From: an uncultured Desulfobacteraceae bacterium
GTDB lineage: Bacteria; Desulfobacterota; DSM-4660; Desulfatiglandales; B25-G16
Direction: 5' to 3'
Assembly: GCA_964611035.1 (NCBI GenBank)
Contig: CAZSWT010000003.1
Location: forward strand, 6,219-70,218
DNA length: 64,000 bases
The position numbers and the translations under genes were made by a program. The stretch's first letter is position 1. Every line of letters begins with the position of its first letter. The notes under the pieces are model-generated. The model was not told the origin of the DNA. It saw only the letters and a program-made list of their open reading frames with translations, and made no database searches. This document shows, piece by piece, positions 28,405-35,802 of this stretch.

Positions 28405-29463
28405 ATGAAGAAAAGAGTGGCTAGGTCAAATGTGAAGTTTAACCCGGTCTTAAGCTCTGATTCGGCAAAAAAGGCTAGATTGGATTCATTTGCAAGCCCA
28501 AAGCATCCCAAATCGATTTGTGTCGTTAATTATAAAGGGGGAGTAGGCAAAACGACGATTACGTGTTTATTGGGCTATTATATTAGCCAACTTGGTGTAA
28601 GAGTGAAAAGGGGAAAAGGAAGTTTAAAAAGAGGTAGAAAGGTTCTTCTGCTCGATATTGACCCGCAATGTAGCTTGTCTTTGGCTGTTGGTTTCGATCC
28701 TGAACAGGTTAATAAGACGGATTTTACTATGTATAATTTGGTTAGGCCTTCGAAGTGGTCAAAAATTACCAAAACCAAATTCAGTCAGTACATTCAGAAG
28801 GTTCCCGATTCGCTAGCTCCAAAGGATTTATATATTATTCCCGGTTCATTTGATGTTGATGATCTTGACATGGAGATTGCAAAAAGCATCGCAATTGATG
28901 GAGAAAGAAGGAAGGATGAGTTATTTCTATACTGCAAGCAAATGCTTAACGGATTTCAAGATTATGATTTTGTGATTGTTGATTGCCCTCCAAACAAAAT
29001 GTTCCTTACGCAAGCAATGCTTAGGGCGTCTACTTATTATCTGCCTGTAACTATCCCCGACCAAATATCTATCTATGGGATGCCGCGATTACTGAGATGG
29101 GTTAGAAACATCCCAAAAGGTGAAAGACCACTTATGCTTGGCTATGTCATGAATGCCATAAATCGCACTGGCGGCCCACCAGGTGGTAAAGTATATAGCC
29201 AACAAATAGGGGAAAGAGATTTAGAAAAGAGTATAAGAAATGATCTAATGCCGATTGAAAGGAAAATTTTCGGCACAAATCCGATTGTGGGACAAATACC
29301 CAGATTGGATAGAATTGCGAAATTTCTTTCAGAAAGGGGAAGTAAGTTTACCAGATTTGAATTTTCTGAGAGAACTTCTGGGCAAGCTACAATTGAGGAA
29401 TGCGTTACCGAAATAGTCAAAACAATTTTTGAAAGGATAAAAAAGTACAATGCCGAAACATGA
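28405..29463 (+). CDS. ParA/Soj-family ATPase with atypical insertions
   Basis: 352 aa. AAGGAG SD. Deviant Walker A KGGVGKTT (aa 44-51) and Walker B VIVDCPP. It has a basic N-terminal extension of about 37 aa and a 14-aa VRVKRGKGSLKRGR insert before LLLDIDPQ. Confidence 0.8.
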   Translation: MKKRVARSNVKFNPVLSSDSAKKARLDSFASPKHPKSICVVNYKGGVGKTTITCLLGYYISQLGVRVKRGKGSLKRGRKVLLLDIDPQCSLSLAVGFDPEQVNKTDFTMYNLVRPSKWSKITKTKFSQYIQKVPDSLAPKDLYIIPGSFDVDDLDMEIAKSIAIDGERRKDELFLYCKQMLNGFQDYDFVIVDCPPNKMFLTQAMLRASTYYLPVTIPDQISIYGMPRLLRWVRNIPKGERPLMLGYVMNAINRTGGPPGGKVYSQQIGERDLEKSIRNDLMPIERKIFGTNPIVGQIPRLDRIAKFLSERGSKFTRFEFSERTSGQATIEECVTEIVKTIFERIKKYNAET

Positions 29464-29854
29464 AATAATACATAAGGCCGGTCAACCTATTACCGAGGAA
29501 ATAAGGTGGATAGTTGATAGATATTTTTATTTAAAAGAGATCGAAAAGCTCGAAAGATTAGGAGGTCGAATTTTGATTTCTATTGCAACACCTTATAAGA
29601 GTAAGAAGCCTAAAGGAATTACTATCGACGAAACATTTGTCGACAATCTTAAATCGAATAGAAATGATGTTGTTGAATTGAGAAATATTTTGGATGGATT
29701 AACAATAAAACAGTTAAAAGAGGCTTGCAGCTTAATTAAGCACCCGGTGCGATCGAATGCCACATCCGAAGAAATTAAAAGAGAACTTATTAGGAGCCTG
29801 CAAGCAGAGGATTTTTGGAGTCGAATTTCTCACAATAATAAAGAAAAATTATAA
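29450..29854 (+). CDS. small hypothetical protein with HeH/SAP-like C-terminal motif
   Basis: 134 aa. Overlaps the ParA-like gene by 14 nt. LDGLTIKQLKEACSLIK...SEEIKRELIRSL weakly resembles helix-extended-helix DNA-binding motifs. Confidence 0.5.
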   Translation: MPKHEIIHKAGQPITEEIRWIVDRYFYLKEIEKLERLGGRILISIATPYKSKKPKGITIDETFVDNLKSNRNDVVELRNILDGLTIKQLKEACSLIKHPVRSNATSEEIKRELIRSLQAEDFWSRISHNNKEKL

Positions 29855-30049
29855 TAATGTGTTTCAGATTGCCAAATCTTTCATTTAGACAAATTATAAA
29901 ATAAACGAGGAGGCCCTTAAAATTTTAAATAACTTAACATAGCGAGTCATAATCCGCTAAAAAGGGTATCTATATTACCCCTTATAAGTGTTATGGGTTC
30001 TGAAAGAATTTAAAAGTGGGCGCTATTACCAAAGAAAGGAGCAAGGAAC

Positions 30050-30319
30050 ATGAACAAAAGGGATTTAGTTAACGAGGTAGCAAAGGTCGTAAATACAAAA
30101 AAAGAGGCCAAGGTAGCAGTGGATTGTATTTTTTCAACCATTACCAAAGCATTAAAAAAGAAGGATCCGGTTACACTGATTGGTTTCGGAACCTTTAAAG
30201 TGGCACAAAGGAATGCCAGGAAAGGAAGAAATCCACAGACAGGACAAGAAATGACGATCAAGGCAAAGAAGGTCCCCAAGTTTGTAGCTGGGAAAGCCTT
30301 AAAGGATGCTGTAAGTTAA
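30050..30319 (+). CDS. hup: DNA-binding protein HU
   Basis: 89 aa. MNKRDLVNEVA..., the GFGTF..R.AR.GRNPQTG arm and a ..KAGKALKDAV end are a classic HU signature. GGAG SD. Confidence 0.9.
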   Translation: MNKRDLVNEVAKVVNTKKEAKVAVDCIFSTITKALKKKDPVTLIGFGTFKVAQRNARKGRNPQTGQEMTIKAKKVPKFVAGKALKDAVS

Positions 30320-30607
30320 TCATTATTAAAGGAGGATTGTAGTAATCAGGAAGGGAACATGGCCTCATATGGGCTTTGATATTTCTATCATATCCAAACT
30401 CTTGTAGTGTTGCACTTGTGAGTTGAATTCAGTCCTCATTAGTTGAAGATGCTGAGGTAACTATTCCCAAAATTTTGTCTTTGGCTTAAACTTGTGTTTA
30501 GTATAATATATCATCATTAGCCACAGATTTAGAATTGATATTAAATTAAAGCATGTAGCACGCTTCCCGTGGTTTGAAATGGTCATATAAGAATTCGACA
30601 GGTTCCT

Positions 30608-33325
30608 ATGACATCGATACCTGAATTTCAAAAAGCCCTAAAAAAGAATACCACTACGTTGGGAGCTCGGTGGGTGAAGGCTGACTTCCACGTTCATTAC
30701 CCAGGTTCGTCGGATTATGAGTACAAAGAATTGGACGCCGTGGAACGTCTAGGCAAGGAACTCGATACTGAAAATTATCGCTTTGTGGTGATTCTGAAGC
30801 ATCAAGAGTTTCCAACCAGAGCCGAGCTATATGAATTAGGCAAATACTGCCCTAAGACTATTTTAATCCCGGGAGCTGAAATAAACGTCTTTGTGGAAGC
30901 CATGTTCATGAAGGTTTCCAAGGATCACTATTTCCATTGCGTACTGGCGGTTAATCCTGACTCAGATGGAGACTACGGCTATATCCTTCATCTAGCTCAA
31001 GATAAATTTTCCTATAAATCAGGTGACTACCCATCGGGTTTTCATTCGAGCATTCTTGATCTCGGCAAGTTCTTCCGAGATCAGGGCGCCCTTTTTCTCC
31101 CCGCTCACCTTCATCAAGCGAAGGGTCCCCACAAATCAAAAAGTATCGATGACATATATGACGATGATGCCTTTCTCAGTTTTATCGAGGACGGGGCGTT
31201 TTCCGCCCTTGAAGTTAGACAGAGGTCAACTGCAGCATTCTTCGCTGGGGGTCGGCAGACTGAAAATGGACGGGCCATTCCAAAGGCTGTATGCGTACAG
31301 TCAAGCGATGCCCACAGTTACATGCATATCAAAGAGCGACAACGATGCTCATGGATTCAAGTCGAGCGTCCAACGTTTAGTGAATTTGAAGCATCTCTGG
31401 TATTCCCGCATCGTCTTTCCCTGGACCAACCATCCGAGCCTAAGCAGCGTATACTCGGTCTTCATATCATAGGAGCTTTTTTCCCTGAGTTATGGATCAG
31501 CTTCAACCCTTGCATGAATTCCTTGATTGGATGCAAAGGCACAGGCAAGACCTCAGTATTAGAGTGCCTTCGATTTTTGTTCGGCACCGCGGTGCCGAAG
31601 GAACGCTTCGAGGGGGTAGCGCGTCATATAGAGCATATTCTAGGACCTAGCGGCATAGTTGAGTGTCTTGTACAACGTGAGGATGAGAAGCGCTTTGTCT
31701 TGTCACGCCGAGCAGATTCTCCACAGCGTTTGAATGTTACCAGCGAGGGCGGTCTATCCCAAGACGCGACCAAAATGGAAACTTATTTTGACGTGTCGAT
31801 ACTGGGATGGCATGAGATTGAGGCCGTTGCTGATGATGCGTCCGCTCGAATACAACTTATCGACGGTATAAAGGGTGCCCAAATAATCCGTCAGCACTAT
31901 TCTGCTATTGAAAAATACATTCAACAAGCGCGAGATGATCTCCCAGTTTTACAGCAACGCCTCCGACGCTTGGATGAGGCACTGAAGGAGCTGTGGGAGC
32001 TACGCAGGAAGCGTGAGACGCTTACGAAACTGGAAAAGGCTGAGCTAGTAGCACTGCAGAATCAGTATGAGTGGTATCTCAAAGCTGAGGAAAAGTTACG
32101 AGGCCACTCAAAAAGACTTCAAAAACATCGGAAAAATGTGATTAATCTCCTACCCTTTGACCTCGGTGGTTCACTAATTGAAGATCTAGGAAGCCCGATA
32201 CCACCGGAAGTCCAACCCGGAATCGACAGGGCCACGAATGCTCTCATCGAATTGGCGAAAAGCGACACCGAACAAAGCGAGACCTTACAAGAAAGAGGTT
32301 CCGGGGTCAACGCTACTATCGAAAGTGCGATCGGTGAGGTTGTGCAACATTTCACGGTATTTCGAGATGAGGTCTACAACCCAAAAGTTCAGCAATTGCC
32401 TCCCGAGGAACGAGACATTTTAACTCGTCAAATCCAAATACTGGAGGAGACACGATCCCTCCCCCAGATGGAGGAAGATTGCAATAGCTTGCACTCAGAG
32501 GTTGTGAAACTTGCCTCAGTGATTGAAGCGATTTGTACAAACGTTTGCAAAGAACGTGATGAAATATGCCTTATCAGGGAGAAAGTAATCGCCGAACTGA
32601 ATGAGGATCTGGACAGTGTACACCTTACTTTCCAACGTTGCGGTAACAAATTACGGTTGGATTTGTACCGGAGCAAGTATGCAAAAGAGAGTGGAGAATT
32701 CATCAACTTCTTGCAAGGGTACGGACGCTCGGAATCATACGAGAATTTTCGTGAGGTTTTCAGGAGTCTTCGCGATATGGACGTCGACGCAAAGGCATGG
32801 GAGGTGAACGAAGTGATGTGGGATGTAAAGTTCGTGGAATTCCTTGACATTGTGGACGATGACGATGTCGAGATTTCACTTGAAGTCGGGAGTGCGGGCT
32901 TCGTCCCAATCCAGAACCTGTCGGCGGGACAACGATGCACCGCAGTGTTTCCACTATTGCTACGTAATGCTCGCGGGCCTTTGGTGATCGATCAACCCGA
33001 GGATAATCTCGACAATCGGCACATTGCGGATACGATCTCGGTCGACCTCCTGAACCGTAAATTACGGCAGCAGTATATTCTCACGTCCCACAACGCGAAT
33101 CTTGTGGTACTTACGGACGCCAATTTGATATTCCACATGGATTCGGATGGTCAGCGCGGGTGGATCGAAACTGCAGGATTCCTTGCGTGTCCTGAAAGTG
33201 ACATCCGAGGCCCAGTGCTTGAAGTTCTAGATGGAGGTGAGGCTGCGCTTGAAGCTCGACGGCGGAAGTACGGTTCGGTTGATACCACCAAACGCTCGGG
33301 TGATTATGTATCGATAAAAAGTTAA
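30608..33325 (+). CDS. PHP phosphoesterase domain fused to Rad50/SbcC-like ABC ATPase (Ppl-like)
   Basis: 905 aa. PHP His/Asp motifs ADFHVHYPGSSD (aa 25-36), LPAHLH (164-169), SSDAHS (232-237). Walker A GCKGTGKTS (308-316). Helical stretch of about 250 aa with a Pro/Gly loop (514-538). ABC signature LSAGQR (771-776), Walker B LVIDQPEDNLD (792-802), H-loop TSHN (826-829). Confidence 0.8.
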   Translation: MTSIPEFQKALKKNTTTLGARWVKADFHVHYPGSSDYEYKELDAVERLGKELDTENYRFVVILKHQEFPTRAELYELGKYCPKTILIPGAEINVFVEAMFMKVSKDHYFHCVLAVNPDSDGDYGYILHLAQDKFSYKSGDYPSGFHSSILDLGKFFRDQGALFLPAHLHQAKGPHKSKSIDDIYDDDAFLSFIEDGAFSALEVRQRSTAAFFAGGRQTENGRAIPKAVCVQSSDAHSYMHIKERQRCSWIQVERPTFSEFEASLVFPHRLSLDQPSEPKQRILGLHIIGAFFPELWISFNPCMNSLIGCKGTGKTSVLECLRFLFGTAVPKERFEGVARHIEHILGPSGIVECLVQREDEKRFVLSRRADSPQRLNVTSEGGLSQDATKMETYFDVSILGWHEIEAVADDASARIQLIDGIKGAQIIRQHYSAIEKYIQQARDDLPVLQQRLRRLDEALKELWELRRKRETLTKLEKAELVALQNQYEWYLKAEEKLRGHSKRLQKHRKNVINLLPFDLGGSLIEDLGSPIPPEVQPGIDRATNALIELAKSDTEQSETLQERGSGVNATIESAIGEVVQHFTVFRDEVYNPKVQQLPPEERDILTRQIQILEETRSLPQMEEDCNSLHSEVVKLASVIEAICTNVCKERDEICLIREKVIAELNEDLDSVHLTFQRCGNKLRLDLYRSKYAKESGEFINFLQGYGRSESYENFREVFRSLRDMDVDAKAWEVNEVMWDVKFVEFLDIVDDDDVEISLEVGSAGFVPIQNLSAGQRCTAVFPLLLRNARGPLVIDQPEDNLDNRHIADTISVDLLNRKLRQQYILTSHNANLVVLTDANLIFHMDSDGQRGWIETAGFLACPESDIRGPVLEVLDGGEAALEARRRKYGSVDTTKRSGDYVSIKS

Positions 33326-33711
33326 CTACTGAAGGCGTCAGCCAATAAGGGATGTTATAGCTGCTGAACAGGGCGTGAATAACCAACTCGTAATTTAGGT
33401 AACACTGTTGACTATCGTGACTAATGTTTAATGACATATGAAAATTCTGATATAACTACCTGCGCTACTGCTATATATCCCTAATTATTACAATCTTAAG
33501 AATCCTTTGATATTCACTCCAAATCCCAAATTTAGAGTTTAGGCTTTTCACGAAAACGGCCTCCAACAAGGTAGATATTCAGATCGAATCCAAACAACAA
33601 GGAATCGCATGTCAGTCTTATTCCTGATTATCCCATATTCTCTGTGAAAATATCCCAATCCGTAAATCCACTTTCTCGATACCTGCTATCCTCTGCATTC
33701 GCCTTAATACC

Positions 33712-33740
33712 TTGACAAAATGATGTGCTGAAAGTAATTT
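33712..33740 (+). promoter_or_regulatory. candidate sigma70-type promoter for the IHF-like gene
   Basis: TTGACA (33712-33717), 17-nt spacer, TAATTT (33735-33740), 48 nt before the ATG. Confidence 0.3.
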
Positions 33741-33787
33741 GGCTCAGTGATAACAACTTGAAAACTTACCCCATAGAATAACCAGCC

Positions 33788-34072
33788 ATGACCCTCACCA
33801 AAGCAGATATTGTCGATACTATTTACAACCAATTAGATGTCCCTAAAACCAGATCCACACAGGTGATTGAATCCCTTATAGAAATTATCAAAGAAACCCT
33901 GGAGAATGGTGAGGATGTCTTGATCAGTGGATTTGGAAAATTCTGTGTCAAAGAAAAGATGAAAAGGAAAGGGAGAGATCCTCAGACCGGGAATGATTTG
34001 ATGCTGGGTGAGAGAAAGGTGGTAACTTTCAAGTGTTCTGGAAGATTAAAGAATAAGATCAATGGAGTTTAG
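33788..34072 (+). CDS. ihfA: integration host factor alpha-like (HU/IHF family)
   Basis: 94 aa. MTLTKADIVDTIY.., ..ISGFGKF.VKEK..R.GRDPQTG.., the IHF-alpha style N-terminus and beta-arm. Confidence 0.75.
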   Translation: MTLTKADIVDTIYNQLDVPKTRSTQVIESLIEIIKETLENGEDVLISGFGKFCVKEKMKRKGRDPQTGNDLMLGERKVVTFKCSGRLKNKINGV

Positions 34073-34102
34073 GGCAGGTTTGGCCTTAATCAGAGAAATA
34101 TA

Positions 34103-34441
34103 ATGAGTTTGTCAGAAAAAGACTTAAACCTCGGAGATCACATCTATGTAAGACGCCGAGTCTATTCTCATCATGGAATATACGCCAGAGATGGAAATGT
34201 TATTCATTATACCGGGGAAGAAAAAGAGAAAAAAGACCCGCTGATCAGGGAAACAGACATAGAAGATTTTCTCAAAGGCGGAAAGCTGAGAAGGCGTGAT
34301 TATAAAAAGCGTTTGCCTCCTTCTGAGTCCCTCAGCCTTGCAAAAAAGCATTTGTCTAGTAAGGGTCTTTCTCTTTTGACGCTTGGATTTGGACCTCTTT
34401 GGGAACTTCAGACGTCTGAAGAATTTCCCTCGTGGGTTTAG
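34103..34441 (+). pseudogene. NC-domain (LRAT/NlpC-P60-like) gene, 3-prime truncated
   Basis: The N-terminal GDHIYVRRRVYSHHGIYARDGNVIHY matches the His-containing half of NC/LRAT domains. The ORF contains no Cys at all, so the NCEHF-type catalytic motif is absent. The family-like sequence stops where the convergent parB stop lies (34356-34358). Confidence 0.5.
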
Positions 34442-34985
34442 TCAGCCTGTCCAGCCCCAGGATTTGGCTAATATAACTTTGTGATTTATTCAATAATTTT
34501 GCTATGTTTACTTGAGAGTAACCTAATCTTTCTATTAAAGCTTTGATTCCGGCGGACTCCTCAAGAGGTGTGATATCTTCTCTCTGAAGATTTAAAATGA
34601 GCTGCAAGAGGAGTCTTTTCTTATCGTCTACCTCTTTTATGATGCACGGGAGCCTCTCCATACCCACCATTTTGGCTGCCTTGTATCTTCTTTCCCCACT
34701 TATGATCTTGAAAGAATCTTCCTTCTCGTCATACTCAACTGTAAGGGGATCTATAATCCCCCCAACTTCTTTTATTGACTCAGCCAGAGATTCCAATGTT
34801 TCCTTTACAAATATCTTCCTTGGCTGGTTGGGATCAGGATTAATCCTTTCAATATCGATGAACTTGGCTTCTCGTAGAGGACTTGTATTAACTCTCTCAC
34901 CCTTTTTGTCCTTTTCTCCATCAACTGCGATTGGGCTGAGAAAAATAGACCTTTCCTCTGCATTCTGCAAATAATCTTTAGACAT
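34356..34985 (-). CDS. parB: ParB/Spo0J-like partition protein (short form)
   Basis: The track ORF starts at 35042. The likely ATG is 34985 (GGGAGG upstream; ATGTCTAA overlap with the parA stop). ParB N-terminal box ..IISGERRYKAAK.. and an HTH ..IAKLLNKSQSYISQ... Confidence 0.8.
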   Translation of the reverse strand: MSKDYLQNAEERSIFLSPIAVDGEKDKKGERVNTSPLREAKFIDIERINPDPNQPRKIFVKETLESLAESIKEVGGIIDPLTVEYDEKEDSFKIISGERRYKAAKMVGMERLPCIIKEVDDKKRLLLQLILNLQREDITPLEESAGIKALIERLGYSQVNIAKLLNKSQSYISQILGLDRLTKPTREILQTSEVPKEVQIQASKEKDPY

Positions 34986-35737
34986 TGAGAACCTCCCTGC
35001 CGATTTGTCTGAAGGTTTGAGCTTGCTCGCTCTTCGGAGCAAGGTATGTAATCGGTTTCCCCAGTGTCACTGCTTCCACATACCTAACTGAATCTTTCAA
35101 GACCTGCTTAAAGATCCTCTCTCCAAGATGTCCTTCAATCATAGCCCTAAAGTCCTGTTCGATTCTTCTTCTCCCGTCATAGCGATTGATGATGTAGCCA
35201 AGAATGGTAAGGTTGGGATTGGCCCTTTTTCTTGCCTTCTCGATAACTCCGCGCACATAACCGTGTACCTTTTACGTTGTAATCCTGAGCTTCCAGGGGG
35301 ATGATTACTCCTTCCGAGGCGGTGAGCACAGACCATGTAGCAAGTCCCAGGTTAGGAGGTGCATCCAGCAAGATCATGTCGTATTCTCCCTGGATGTCTT
35401 TAAGCCTGTCTGCAAGGTAGTGATGGGAGTCCCGCTCGGAGAGAAGCTCGGTCTCTATTTTTCCAAGACTGGGGTTGGCTGGAACTATATCGATGTTTTC
35501 AAATTCCGTCTTTACGATCGCCTCCTTAATTGACTTTTTATCATTCAGGAGGGCATCTGTAATCACACATGGAAGGTCGTGGATGTTGGGAAGAAAGGAA
35601 GAGCTCAAGGAGCCCTGCTGATCCATATCCACAAGCAATATTTTTTTACCCATCTCGGCCAATGCCCCTCCAAGGCAGAAGCAAATTGTAGTTTTCCCCA
35701 CTCCTCCTTTATTGTTGCAAATTCCTATCCTTTTCAT
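34978..35737 (-). pseudogene. parA: ParA/Soj ATPase disrupted by a frameshift
   Basis: The N-part 35177..35737 (KGGVGKTT, LLVDMDQQ, ILLDAPP) loses homology after ..EAQDYNVKG. The C-part 34978..35256 (..NLTILGYIINRYDGRR..) continues in another frame. The shift maps to about 35257-35276 (gtaaaagg run). Confidence 0.8.
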
Positions 35738-35802
35738 TTGATTCTCCTAAAATTGATAGGTCTTAATCTCATGAGTATGCTTTTATTGGTCCTATGGACA
35801 GA

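Noticed and set aside
30320-30607. Promoter call upstream of the PHP-ATPase gene (ttggct..tataat).
   Set aside because: The spacer is 15 nt and alternative -35 hexamers give 21 nt. This is too ambiguous to list as a feature.
15347-33437. Antisense or out-of-frame ORFs within BREX and the PHP-ATPase gene, e.g. 20684..21037, 23893..24258, 24727..25143, 28122..28511, 32428..32940, 33111..33437.
   Set aside because: They are embedded in, or overlap, long domain-bearing ORFs. Their composition is low-complexity (Ser/Pro/Arg-rich), consistent with shadow frames.
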